From the IMG/VR virus record IMGVR_UViG_3300020576_006967, positions 1 through 64,000 of that record: a stretch of 64,000 bases of DNA. The stretch is one strand, 5' to 3'. Of this stretch, positions 36,963 through 47,048 are shown one piece after another. How positions within the stretch are numbered: the first letter of the stretch is position 1; every line of letters begins with the position of its first letter. The notes beneath the pieces were generated by a model that searched no databases, had not been told where the DNA came from, and saw only the letters and a list, made by a program, of their open reading frames with translations. The translations under genes and the position numbers were made by a program. The stretch comes from a virus (lineage: Duplodnaviria; Caudoviricetes).

Positions 36963-37804
36963 TAAAAGATAATTTGCTAACTTCTTGGTTAAAAGAACAA
37001 GAGGTTAAACATAGTAAAAGTTGGCTTGTAGTGCTTTTTGCACAACCAAGCGTGTATTTGTTTACATTGTTGAAGAAAACGTGTATAATTGGCTTTATAT
37101 TGCTGGTCATTTATTTAATACTTGAAAAACTTGGCATAAAAGAACAGGTGCTTCCAAATACTTTTCATAGTGTGGTTGGTGTGGTTATTGGTTTATTACT
37201 TGTGTTTAGAGTGAGTACAGCATATGATAGATGGTGGGAGGCAAGAAAGCTTTTTGCCTCATTTCATGCTGCAATACTATACTTAAAAACTATACAAATA
37301 AAATATAATAAACAGGAATCAGATTCTGCATTGTTAAAAATAAATGAAAGTTTTTTTGATTATTGCGCCTCAATAAGTGTAAAAGAAATTTCTGCATGTA
37401 AAAATGCATTTTTAAAAAACTTAAATTTGTTGGACGACTATTTCAAAGTAGATCAAAGTGCTATAAATTTAAGTATGGTTGAAAAACACAAAATAGATAT
37501 TTTGGCTATTTTTACCTCTGTAGAAAGAATTAAAGATACGCCAATTCCACAGTCATATTCTCTACATATTAAAATTTCAATCATGTCCTATATTTTAAGT
37601 TTACCTCTTGGTTTATTTCATGAGTTTGGTTATGGTTCAATACCATTTGCAATGTTTATTTATTTTGTGATTGGCGGAATTGAAGTTATTAGTAATGAAA
37701 TAGAAAACCCTTTTCAGCAAGCTCCAAATGATCTTCCTTTAAAGGATTATATGGATGAAAATAAAAAATACATACATGAACAAGGAACAACAAAAGAATC
37801 TTAG
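36959..37804 (+). CDS. bestrophin-family ion channel
   Basis: LLLVFRVSTAYDRWWEAR, ERIKDTPIP, EIENPF. Confidence 0.9.
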   Translation: MIKDNLLTSWLKEQEVKHSKSWLVVLFAQPSVYLFTLLKKTCIIGFILLVIYLILEKLGIKEQVLPNTFHSVVGVVIGLLLVFRVSTAYDRWWEARKLFASFHAAILYLKTIQIKYNKQESDSALLKINESFFDYCASISVKEISACKNAFLKNLNLLDDYFKVDQSAINLSMVEKHKIDILAIFTSVERIKDTPIPQSYSLHIKISIMSYILSLPLGLFHEFGYGSIPFAMFIYFVIGGIEVISNEIENPFQQAPNDLPLKDYMDENKKYIHEQGTTKES

Positions 37805-38321
37805 CAAATCGCTTTCTTATTGGCTACGTCATAAACCAGAAAATTTGGGAATTGTACTTGAAAAAGACGGTTGGGCAAATGTGTCTGAACTTATTGAAAA
37901 AGCTAAACAAAAAATAGAGTTTAGCTTGGAAGACTTGAAAGAGGTTGTTGCCGAAAACGACAAACAACGTTTTTCTTTTAATGAAGATTTTACAAAAATA
38001 AAAGCAAATCAGGGTCACACAGCAGAGGTGGATATAAAATTTAAAAAGATTGTCCCTCCAGTAATTCTTTATCATGGAACTGTTGATAAATTTTTTGATT
38101 CTATAAAAAAACAAGGTCTTACAAAACAAAAAAGGCATCATGTTCATTTAAGCAAAGATAAAGAAACCGCAATAAGTGTAGGTTCTAGACGTGGTAAAGC
38201 AATTGTTTTAGAAGTTGATTGTAAAAAAATGTTAGCTGATGGATTCGATTTTTTTCTTTCAGATAATGGCGTGTATCTTACAGATGAGGTTCCGTCAAAA
38301 TATATAAAAATTTCTGTATAA
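37776..38321 (+). CDS. kptA: RNA 2'-phosphotransferase Tpt1/KptA
   Basis: LSYWLRH, NDKQRF, KANQGH, LYHGT, HVHLS, NGVYLT. Confidence 0.93.
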   Translation: MNKEQQKNLSKSLSYWLRHKPENLGIVLEKDGWANVSELIEKAKQKIEFSLEDLKEVVAENDKQRFSFNEDFTKIKANQGHTAEVDIKFKKIVPPVILYHGTVDKFFDSIKKQGLTKQKRHHVHLSKDKETAISVGSRRGKAIVLEVDCKKMLADGFDFFLSDNGVYLTDEVPSKYIKISV

Positions 38322-38387
38322 TATTTGTCTGGGTTTTTGTTGATTATGTGAGGTAAAATTGTTATATTTGCCACAAATAATCGCACT

Positions 38388-38726
38388 ATGTCTATAAAAA
38401 TTTCTTTTAAGAGTACCCAATCTGAAAAAAGATGGCTAGAACTATACAACGAAAAAACAGCACTTCAAGCAAAAAAGAAAACAGCCGCAATTGAAAAAAA
38501 GATAAGTTCTTTAACTAGTTTAATGACTGCTTGCAAAGTGGGTTTTAATCTTTCCGAGGCAAAAGTAAAAAAAATATCAAAAACATTAATTACAACAACT
38601 GGTATAGCTAAAACAAGATACGCTACAATTCCAGATGGAGTTAAATCTGAAGTGTTGTTATTTAAAGATGTTGTTGTTACATATGCGGTTATTGGCGGAG
38701 AAGTTTTATTTCGTGAAAAACAATAA
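38388..38726 (+). CDS. hypothetical protein
   Basis: 112-aa ORF. Confidence 0.5.
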   Translation: MSIKISFKSTQSEKRWLELYNEKTALQAKKKTAAIEKKISSLTSLMTACKVGFNLSEAKVKKISKTLITTTGIAKTRYATIPDGVKSEVLLFKDVVVTYAVIGGEVLFREKQ

Positions 38727-38758
38727 CCTTTTTTGTTTTTTTACGTATAACAAATATT

Positions 38759-40303
38759 ATGACATTAATTTCTGTACAGGGCAAGCCAAAAACAATAACA
38801 ACTAAAGACAAAGAAATTGTTTTTAGCTTACATACTATTATACTACTCATAGGTTTAGACGGATCAGGTAAAAGCAATTTTGCTAAAACGCATTTGGTTC
38901 CAAAAATTAAATCCTTTTCAAGTCAAGGGAAACAAATTTCTGTTGTAAATATTGAACAAGATAAAATTCTTGAAACAATCACTGATGGTCAAAGTAAGGA
39001 GAGGACAGAATTCTCTTATATGGCACAAAAAGCATCTGTTTCCATGTTAGAAAGCTCTGCTAGATACCCTGTATCTGCTGACTTTATCATTTTAGATTGC
39101 GATGCAATGGATGAAAATTTTAGATTGCAAGTTTCTATTATTGCAGAAGACAATGGTTATAAAATACACGCTTTCATCTTTGACCTTCCAGTTGAGGAGC
39201 ATTTTTATATTGATCTTTCTGGTGAGAAGGTTCAAATAAAAGGGCCTCAAAAAAAGAAAATTAGACAATTAATGTCTGGTCAAATTCAAAAAGAAAAATA
39301 TCACAAAGTAGACACAATAACATCTAGGGCGTATTCAGATTTTAGTTTGGATGATTATATCCACACAGATCAATTTACGCTACCAGATGGCCCAGAATAT
39401 GTTTTAATAGGAGATATTCATGGTTGTCTTGATGAATTTAAAGAATTGTTAATTTTAAATGGTTTTGTTATAGGTGAAGATATGAGGGTTAGTCACCCAG
39501 AAGGTAAAAAAGTTGTGCTTATTGGAGATCTTGTTGACAAGGGGTATGACATAATTGGCGTTATCGAGTTTGCTTATGCCAACATTGGTGTTTTTTTCAT
39601 GGTTCTTGGAAACCACGAATCTTTCGTTTACAGATTGTTAAAAAAACTAGCCAGCACAAAAGATTCAACTCCAGAACTTAGAAAAGAGTATTTTGAAACA
39701 TACGAGCTTTTAAAAGAATATCAAAAACCAGATGAGGATAAATTGTATGAAAAATACATTTACTCTATTGAGGAAAAAGAAATTGTTTCTTCTAAAGAGG
39801 ATTTTTTAGAAGAATATTATAGAGAAAACCCAGTTCCAACTCCACAAGAAATAAAACGCATCACTGAAGTGCGAGAAAAGTTTTTTGCTGTGGTTGAAAA
39901 CATGAAAAGTTTTTTTGTGCATAAAGATTTCATAGCTACACACGCACCATGTGAGTCGAAGCATCTTGGAAAGATTAACGATGCTTCCTTGAAGGCTGCT
40001 AGAGATTTTAGATATCCTAAACAATCTGATTTTGAAGATTTTAGTTCTTTTATGTATGAATTTGATTTAAGAACAGCTTATTTAAGAATTGAGGCAAATG
40101 ATAATTATAAATTTCATATCTTTGGACACGTAATGACGAAAGAGGTATCTAGGTTTAAAAATAAAATTTGTATTGACACTGGATGTGTGTCTGGCGGCAA
40201 GCTTTCTGCTTTAACTATTAAAGGGAAAAAAATAACTATCAATCACGTTGAAAATACTGGTAAAACAAAAAAACAAAAAGAACTATTTAATTTTTTCCAA
40301 TAA
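38759..40303 (+). CDS. Pnkp-like P-loop kinase plus metallophosphatase fusion
   Basis: GLDGSGKS; GDIHGC, GDLVDKG, GNHE, FGH, IDTGC. Confidence 0.85.
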   Translation: MTLISVQGKPKTITTKDKEIVFSLHTIILLIGLDGSGKSNFAKTHLVPKIKSFSSQGKQISVVNIEQDKILETITDGQSKERTEFSYMAQKASVSMLESSARYPVSADFIILDCDAMDENFRLQVSIIAEDNGYKIHAFIFDLPVEEHFYIDLSGEKVQIKGPQKKKIRQLMSGQIQKEKYHKVDTITSRAYSDFSLDDYIHTDQFTLPDGPEYVLIGDIHGCLDEFKELLILNGFVIGEDMRVSHPEGKKVVLIGDLVDKGYDIIGVIEFAYANIGVFFMVLGNHESFVYRLLKKLASTKDSTPELRKEYFETYELLKEYQKPDEDKLYEKYIYSIEEKEIVSSKEDFLEEYYRENPVPTPQEIKRITEVREKFFAVVENMKSFFVHKDFIATHAPCESKHLGKINDASLKAARDFRYPKQSDFEDFSSFMYEFDLRTAYLRIEANDNYKFHIFGHVMTKEVSRFKNKICIDTGCVSGGKLSALTIKGKKITINHVENTGKTKKQKELFNFFQ

Positions 40304-41361
40304 TGGCGGACAATTATTATGAAATACTTGGTATAGAAAAATCGGCTTCTCAAGAAGAGATTAAAAAAGCTTATCGAAAACTTGCGATAAAATATCACCC
40401 TGATAAAAACCCAGAAGATAAAACTGCTGAAGAAAAATTTAAAAAAATAGCAGAGGCCTACGAAGTACTTTCAGACGAAGAAAAGAAAAGTAATTTTGAT
40501 TTGTTTGGGGATCCAAAAGGCAGATCTCAGGGAGGCGGTTTTCATGCTGGAGGCATGGATGATATTTTAAATCAATTTAGAGGAGCCTTTGGTTCTAGAC
40601 ATGCTGCGCAAAACGCACAGCAATACCAAGGTGAACACATTCAAATGCGCATGTTTTTATCTCTGGAAGATATTCAAAAAGGTGTCAACAAAGAAGTTGT
40701 TTACACAAAGCGATGCAAGTGCGCCTCTTGTAAAGGTAATGGTTCTAAGGACGGCGCAAATTTAACAAATTGCTCAAAGTGTGGCGGTTCTGGAAGGCTA
40801 CAGGTTCTTATACACGCCTTTAATATGGTGACAATTCAACCATGCGATCATTGTGGTGGAAAGGGTAAACTTCCAACTGTTAAATGCACAGAATGTTATG
40901 GCGAAGGGCTTTTAGAAAAAGAAACAAAGGTTGGTGTGTTTTTTCCAGCTGGTGTTTTTACTGGTTGGAGATGCTCTCTTGCTGGATATGGCCATGAAAG
41001 TGAAATGGATAATAGTATACCAGGAAATCTTTTTATACAAATACAAGAATTAGAACACCCAAAATTCAAAAGAGAGGGCGACAACATAGTGTATAAAATT
41101 AAGGTTAATTTTCCAGACATTATACTTGGCAAAAAAGTAATAATACCTACTCTAGAAAAGAGTGTAGCTTTTGATATACCACCTTATTCAAAGGTTAATA
41201 GTGTATTTCAAATAAAGGGTAAGGGTTTGGGGTCTATACAATTTCCAGGACAAATTGGAAATTTATTAGTTGAAATAGATGTAGACGTTCCGAATAACGT
41301 TTCAGAAGAAGAAATAAAAGTATTGCAAGATTTACAAAAAAGTAGTAACTTTACAATATGA
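40303..41361 (+). CDS. dnaJ: DnaJ chaperone
   Basis: J domain HPD, four CxxCxGxG repeats. Confidence 0.95.
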   Translation: MADNYYEILGIEKSASQEEIKKAYRKLAIKYHPDKNPEDKTAEEKFKKIAEAYEVLSDEEKKSNFDLFGDPKGRSQGGGFHAGGMDDILNQFRGAFGSRHAAQNAQQYQGEHIQMRMFLSLEDIQKGVNKEVVYTKRCKCASCKGNGSKDGANLTNCSKCGGSGRLQVLIHAFNMVTIQPCDHCGGKGKLPTVKCTECYGEGLLEKETKVGVFFPAGVFTGWRCSLAGYGHESEMDNSIPGNLFIQIQELEHPKFKREGDNIVYKIKVNFPDIILGKKVIIPTLEKSVAFDIPPYSKVNSVFQIKGKGLGSIQFPGQIGNLLVEIDVDVPNNVSEEEIKVLQDLQKSSNFTI

Positions 41362-41560
41362 AAATAGATATAATATTTAAAAGTAAATTTTGGTGTAGAT
41401 TTTTTCACACAGCTTATGGTTGTAATAGTGGAGGGTTTAAATGTCCAAAATGTGAACATTATTGGAAAGTACTTCCAATTCAAATTTTACTTAAATAGTT
41501 GAAACCTTTTTAAAATTAAAACGTATAACATTAAATTAATCACTAATAAAAAACCAAATC

Positions 41561-42406
41561 ATGAAAAAGAACGCACTGCTTATCATTGACGCTCAGTATG
41601 ATTTTTGTAACCCTGCTGGAGCTCTTTTTGTTCCAGGTTCAGTGGAAGACAATCAAAGACTGGCAAAATTCATTCTTAAAAATACCAACGAAATCAGCTA
41701 CATGGCTGCTACATTGGATTCACATCACCTTAACGATATTGCCCACCCATCTTTCTGGATGGACAAAGATGGGAATGATCCAAACCCTTTCACGTTAATC
41801 AGTGCAAAATCTGTTCGTGATGGCGATTGGACACCACGTTTTGATAGTCCTGTAAAAGTATTAGCTTACTTGGACGAGTTAGAAAAACAAGGCGAATTTC
41901 CTCACTTAATTTGGCCAACACATTGCCTTATCGCCTCTAAGGGGCATGCTCTTGACGAAGTTGTTTTTGAAGCTATTAAAGCTTGGGAAAAAACTGGTAA
42001 AGGATGCAGATTCGTTACCAAAGGTACAAACAAACTTACGGAACACTTCGGTGCTTTTGCAGCACAAGTTCCAATTCCAAACGCAAACGAAACGCAATTA
42101 AACATGCCATTGCTTAAAACTCTTTCAGAGTATGACAATGTGTATCTTGCAGGTCAAGCAAAATCTCATTGCGTTGCTACCACTTTAAAACAAGCATTAA
42201 AATATGCTCCTGAATTAGCCAACAAAATCGTTGTACTTGAAGATTGTATGTCAAGTGTTGGCGGCGGACCAGTCCCATCAAATCCATCTTTGACATTTGA
42301 TGTTATCGCACAACCAATTTACGACGATGCAAGAAAACAAGGTGTTCGTTTTGCAAAATCAACTGACCCAATTGGTCAAGTTTCACCAGCTCACTCGTTA
42401 GTTTAA
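41561..42406 (+). CDS. nicotinamidase/isochorismatase family hydrolase
   Basis: IIDAQYDFC, LDSH, WPTHC, GQAKSHCV. Confidence 0.85.
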   Translation: MKKNALLIIDAQYDFCNPAGALFVPGSVEDNQRLAKFILKNTNEISYMAATLDSHHLNDIAHPSFWMDKDGNDPNPFTLISAKSVRDGDWTPRFDSPVKVLAYLDELEKQGEFPHLIWPTHCLIASKGHALDEVVFEAIKAWEKTGKGCRFVTKGTNKLTEHFGAFAAQVPIPNANETQLNMPLLKTLSEYDNVYLAGQAKSHCVATTLKQALKYAPELANKIVVLEDCMSSVGGGPVPSNPSLTFDVIAQPIYDDARKQGVRFAKSTDPIGQVSPAHSLV

Positions 42407-42436
42407 TCAATTAATTATTTATTTAAAAAAAATACA

Positions 42437-43153
42437 ATGTCAGAAACATCACAAAAAAGTCAACAGGACGTAGATAGCTACGATTACAATGACAATTACG
42501 ACCCAAACAAGGTTGAAGTAGAAGAAGTTATAAATGCGGTTTTTGTTTGCGACGTATCAGGCTCAATTGTGGCCTGCGTTAAAGAGTTAAACAGTGCACT
42601 TAACGAATTCACTGAAAGAATGCAGAAATCACACGCTAAAGATAAATTATTTGTGTCTAGAGTGGATTTTAATCAAATTGTAGAAGTTGCACATGGTTTT
42701 AAACCAATTTCAGAATTGCAACACGTCGATTTAAGCAGCAAAGTACACGGAAGAAATAATGGCTCGACAAAACTTTACGAAGGTGTAAAAGTTGCACTTA
42801 AAAACGCACTTAGCTATAGAGCTTCTCTTGAACAGGGTGGTATTAACGTTAAGACTCTTTTATTTGTTATCACAGATGGTGACGATAATGATTCAGAACC
42901 AGGAAGTGCTGCAGAAGTTAAAAACATGATTGCTGAACTTCAAAAAGATGAGGGTAATATTTTTAGCTTCGAATCAATTCTTTTTGGTGTAGGATCATCT
43001 GGTCGTTTTGAAGACGCTCAAAGAGAGATGAACATCAAACATCTTGGTAGGGTTGGTACAACAGCCGACGAAATTCGTAAAATGATTGCGTTTATTTCAA
43101 GTTCTGTGACCAGCGTTAGTACTGGCGGTGGTGTATCTGCTCCAACGTTTTAA
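42437..43153 (+). CDS. vWA-domain (TerY-like) protein
   Basis: MIDAS DVSGS, FVITDG. Confidence 0.85.
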   Translation: MSETSQKSQQDVDSYDYNDNYDPNKVEVEEVINAVFVCDVSGSIVACVKELNSALNEFTERMQKSHAKDKLFVSRVDFNQIVEVAHGFKPISELQHVDLSSKVHGRNNGSTKLYEGVKVALKNALSYRASLEQGGINVKTLLFVITDGDDNDSEPGSAAEVKNMIAELQKDEGNIFSFESILFGVGSSGRFEDAQREMNIKHLGRVGTTADEIRKMIAFISSSVTSVSTGGGVSAPTF

Positions 43154-43170
43154 GTTGTTTTTTTAACCTT

Positions 43171-43203
43171 AAAAAGGGGAGGTGTCGCCTCTCCTTTTTT
43201 TTT
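43171..43203 (+). terminator. intrinsic terminator
   Basis: AAAAGGGGAGG...CCTCTCCTTTT plus T tract. Confidence 0.75.
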
Positions 43204-43219
43204 GAATTTTTATTTTGAA

Positions 43220-44041
43220 ATGGAAGCTGATTTAAACTTAGTTCAAATTGAGCCGCAAAAAGGTGGCGCAAAAATTATAATAAAAAAATTATTAAAGCGT
43301 GGTGCTGATTTTGAACATTCTGTAAATTGCCAGGATGCTCTTAGAATCGCTGACGCAAATAACTTTGTATACTTCGCTGTATTTGATGGTTGTTCTGGCG
43401 GTGAAGAAAGTCATTTTGCTTCTAGTTTGTTTTCAAAAACTTTTAGAGAGGTGACAACAAATATGGCTTCTCACATTGATGTACCTGGCGGTAATCTTGT
43501 AAATAATGTTAAGTTCATTATTCATATGATGGCTAGAAAAATTATTCAGACCCAAAATTTATTGGAACTCACCACAAACGAATTATTATCTACCATGATA
43601 ATATGTGGAATTGATAAAAATACAAACGATTGCATTATATGCGCATTTGGTGATGGCTTTTATAGTGTGGATGGAGTACAACACACCATACAAAACACAC
43701 GTTTTATTGAAATGGAAAGTGGGGATAACAGACCAGATTATATCGCTTACGACCTACACCTTCTTCAAAACTATTCAGATTTTGAAAAGTGGTTCTCTCA
43801 AAAATCAGAAGTTCATTTTTTTAAAAAAGTAAAAAATGTTTCAATTGCTAGCGATGGAATTAACACATTTAAGAAATCGGAATTGTCAAAGCTAAAAATT
43901 GACCCAATTGATTTTTTGATCAATGATGAATCTTTGCTTGAAAACGCAATTATGCTTGAGAGAAAATACAATATTCTTTTTAAGGATAAAATTATAAACG
44001 CTGACGATTTAAGTGTTGTCAGAATTAAAATTGAAAATTAA
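43220..44041 (+). CDS. PP2C-like phosphatase
   Basis: NCQDA, VFDGCSG, FGDG, ASDG, ADDLS. Confidence 0.85.
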   Translation: MEADLNLVQIEPQKGGAKIIIKKLLKRGADFEHSVNCQDALRIADANNFVYFAVFDGCSGGEESHFASSLFSKTFREVTTNMASHIDVPGGNLVNNVKFIIHMMARKIIQTQNLLELTTNELLSTMIICGIDKNTNDCIICAFGDGFYSVDGVQHTIQNTRFIEMESGDNRPDYIAYDLHLLQNYSDFEKWFSQKSEVHFFKKVKNVSIASDGINTFKKSELSKLKIDPIDFLINDESLLENAIMLERKYNILFKDKIINADDLSVVRIKIEN

Positions 44042-44366
44042 TGCAAGAAGAAATTGATGTTAGAAGACAATTGGGACAAGTTGAAAACTTTATGTTCACT
44101 GAACAAGTTATTGATGGAAATCCAGATTCTGAGTATTTAATTTTGTGCGGCAATATAAACCATAATGATACATGGGTTTGGAAGTTTTGTGTTCATGAGT
44201 TTAATTATACTCCTGTGTGGTCAACAGAATATGGAAATTGTAATATAAAAGGATGGGATTTAGAAGAGGGAATGAGACTAGCAAATGAATGGGTTAATGG
44301 AATAAAAAAAATAATGCCATACAAAAGAATATATCCAGAACTTTTTTTAATGAAAATGAAATAATT

Positions 44367-45149
44367 ATGTTAGGAGCAATAATAGGTGACATTATAGGAT
44401 CTCGTTTTGAGAGATTCAATCACAAATCAAAAGATTTCGAATTATTTAATGAACAATGTAAAATGACAGATGATTCTGTGCTTACATTGGCCATTGCTGA
44501 TGCATATATAAATAAAAAAGATTATGCTGCAACTTTAAAAGAGTATGCAAAACAAGATATGCTTGCTGGGTATGGTGGGTCATTTATAGCATGGGTTGAC
44601 AGTGAAAAAAGCGAGCCTTATAATAGTTGGGCCAATGGTTCAGCAATGCGTGTAAGCGCATTAGCATGGCTTATTAATGACATGGATACTCTTATGGCAG
44701 AAGCTAAGAGAAGTGCTGAAGTAACGCATAACCACCCAGAGGGTATTAAAGGCGCACAAGCAATTGCTGCAGCCATATTATATGCTAGGCAAAAATACAC
44801 AAAGGATCAAATTAGGAACAGAATCACAGAAAAATTTGGTTATGACTTAAAAAGAACAGTGCAATCTTTTGTAGAAAATTATGAGTTTGATGTTTCTTGT
44901 GCTGGTTCTGTCCCACAGGCAATAATTTGTTTTTTGGAGTCTAAAGATTTTGAAGATTGTCTTCGCACCGCCATTTCTATTGGAGGTGATAGCGATACAA
45001 TTGCTTCTATGGCTTGCGCAATTGGAGAAGCTTATTATGCAAACATTCCAGAAGAGCTTGAAAATTATGCAAAAGAGCACATTTCAAAAAAGGAAAAATA
45101 TATAACAGCGTTTAATAAGTTTTATGATGAATATTTTAAAGAAGTTTAA
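44367..45149 (+). CDS. ADP-ribosylglycohydrolase
   Basis: GAIIGDIIGS, MTDDS, NGSAMR, GGDSDTIA. Confidence 0.92.
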   Translation: MLGAIIGDIIGSRFERFNHKSKDFELFNEQCKMTDDSVLTLAIADAYINKKDYAATLKEYAKQDMLAGYGGSFIAWVDSEKSEPYNSWANGSAMRVSALAWLINDMDTLMAEAKRSAEVTHNHPEGIKGAQAIAAAILYARQKYTKDQIRNRITEKFGYDLKRTVQSFVENYEFDVSCAGSVPQAIICFLESKDFEDCLRTAISIGGDSDTIASMACAIGEAYYANIPEELENYAKEHISKKEKYITAFNKFYDEYFKEV

Positions 45150-45151
45150 AA

Positions 45152-46864
45152 ATGGGCTTAATTAACGTTGTTGCACAAAACGGTGTAAAGTATAAAATAA
45201 ATGATTCTAAAGAAATTGCTCGTGGAGGAGAGGGGATTATTTACGATCTTGATAATGATATTGTCGCAAAAATATATCATCAAGGAATAGAGCCTCTTAG
45301 TCTTGCAAAATATGAGTTTCTAAAGAAGTTGGATAAACACATGTTCGTTTGCCCAATTGATTTACTTTATGCAGGAAATGGCAACGCAGGAATTGTTGTT
45401 GGGTTTACAATGAATTTTTTACCAGCCTCATATTTTCCATTGTCAAACATTTACATTAAATCGTTCTGTACTTCAAACAGTGTTGATAAAAAAGTTAAAC
45501 TTAAAATCATTGAGCAACTTATAAAGGCCACAGAATATGCCCACAAATTAGGTATAGTTATTGGAGATCTTAACTGTTTAAATATAATGGTAAACAATAT
45601 AGGCGATGTGAAATTTATTGACACAGACTCTTATCAAACTCCAGGATATAAGCACTCAGGAAGACTGCTTGAAGATATAAGAGATTATTATTATCAAGGT
45701 AAAATAGATGATAAAAGTGATTTTTTTGCATTATCAGTGTTGGCGTTTAACATGCTTGCATTTACTCATCCGTTTAAAGGTATACATAAAACCTATATGA
45801 AAATTTCTGACCGAATGATTCATAAGATTCCAGTATTTGTAAAAGATCCAGAATTAAAAGTCCCAAAATGTTATGAACCAATAAATGACACGAATCTTTT
45901 AGAACAGTTTAAAAGGTTGTATTTAAAAGGCGAGAGATTTATTGTTTCTTTATCCGATGTCAATTCAAATTTACTTGTATTGCCTTTAAACAAGCCATCT
46001 ATTGTAACTCAATACGAGCAGGACGAGTTAATTATAACAACCATATTTGAGCACGGTAAAGCTAAGGATATTTTTTGCACAGATAATAAGTTGGTGATAG
46101 TAACTGATGACTCTTTTTTAATTTATAATGCAAAAAACAAAGGTTATGTCACATTGTTAGATACAATATCAAAAAAAGACTACGATCAAATTTTTATAGG
46201 CAATAAAAATATTTTGTTTTTAAAAAATAGAAATTTATTTATTTATTCATCACCAGGTAAAATACAGCAAATGACCTCTGTTTCCCTGCCAAACAAAAGC
46301 TTGCTTAGACAATATGGAAATATATTAGTTGTAGTTGGTGAAGATACAATGTTTAAATTATATATTGACGAGTCTTATGGCACAACAATTAAGTTTACGA
46401 CGTTGAGCGTATTTGATAAAGGCTTTAAAAATTATAATAGCTTTGTTTATAATGCTGGCGGAAAACAAAACATATTGTACAATGAAAGTGGGGTAGAGAT
46501 TTCTGTGGTGAGTTTCCCAGTTAAAATAGATGATGTTTTACAAGAGGAAAATGTTGGTATATATCAATATGTGGAAAAGAAGCAAATCAAGTACAAGTTT
46601 TTCAAAATAAACAATTTAAAAGTAAGCGTTTCTCAAAATGAAATATTGCAATGGTATAACTTCGCATATAGAAGAGATGCTAGCGGAGAAGGTTTTATTT
46701 TTATACCATGTGATGATACCATTAGAATACTTCGCACACAAGACTTCGCAGAAGTATCTGATTTAAAATGTAATCTTGTAACTTCCTCATCTGTTCTTAA
46801 AAACACTGGCGCTGGCTTAGTATTGCTAGAAGATGGCAAAGTGTGGTTATTAAATAAGAAATAA
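45152..46864 (+). CDS. Ser/Thr kinase-like protein (TerY-P triad type)
   Basis: ARGGEGIIY, VAKIY, IGDLNCLNIM, FIDTDSY, HPFKG. Confidence 0.85.
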   Translation: MGLINVVAQNGVKYKINDSKEIARGGEGIIYDLDNDIVAKIYHQGIEPLSLAKYEFLKKLDKHMFVCPIDLLYAGNGNAGIVVGFTMNFLPASYFPLSNIYIKSFCTSNSVDKKVKLKIIEQLIKATEYAHKLGIVIGDLNCLNIMVNNIGDVKFIDTDSYQTPGYKHSGRLLEDIRDYYYQGKIDDKSDFFALSVLAFNMLAFTHPFKGIHKTYMKISDRMIHKIPVFVKDPELKVPKCYEPINDTNLLEQFKRLYLKGERFIVSLSDVNSNLLVLPLNKPSIVTQYEQDELIITTIFEHGKAKDIFCTDNKLVIVTDDSFLIYNAKNKGYVTLLDTISKKDYDQIFIGNKNILFLKNRNLFIYSSPGKIQQMTSVSLPNKSLLRQYGNILVVVGEDTMFKLYIDESYGTTIKFTTLSVFDKGFKNYNSFVYNAGGKQNILYNESGVEISVVSFPVKIDDVLQEENVGIYQYVEKKQIKYKFFKINNLKVSVSQNEILQWYNFAYRRDASGEGFIFIPCDDTIRILRTQDFAEVSDLKCNLVTSSSVLKNTGAGLVLLEDGKVWLLNKK

Positions 46865-46887
46865 AACTTTATTTTTTAATAATTAAG

Positions 46888-46913
46888 ACCGAGATATACT
46901 CTCGGTTTTTTTT
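46888..46913 (+). terminator. intrinsic terminator
   Basis: ACCGAGA-TATAC-TCTCGGT plus T tract. Confidence 0.8.
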
Positions 46914-47048
46914 GTCTCGTTTTTTTAATTTTTGTCTAGGTTTTTATATTATTCTAGGTTTTGTGAAAATTTTAACAAATACCTAGACAAAATAATTTGG
47001 TTGATTAAATAAAAAGAGTTAATTTCGATATAAATAATTCTAACCAAT

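Noticed and set aside
46931-46991. TTTGTCTAGGT/ACCTAGACAAA inverted repeat (similar TCTAGG repeat at 31975-32019) as a MITE or operator family
   Set aside because: Only two loose instances and no TSD, so support is insufficient.
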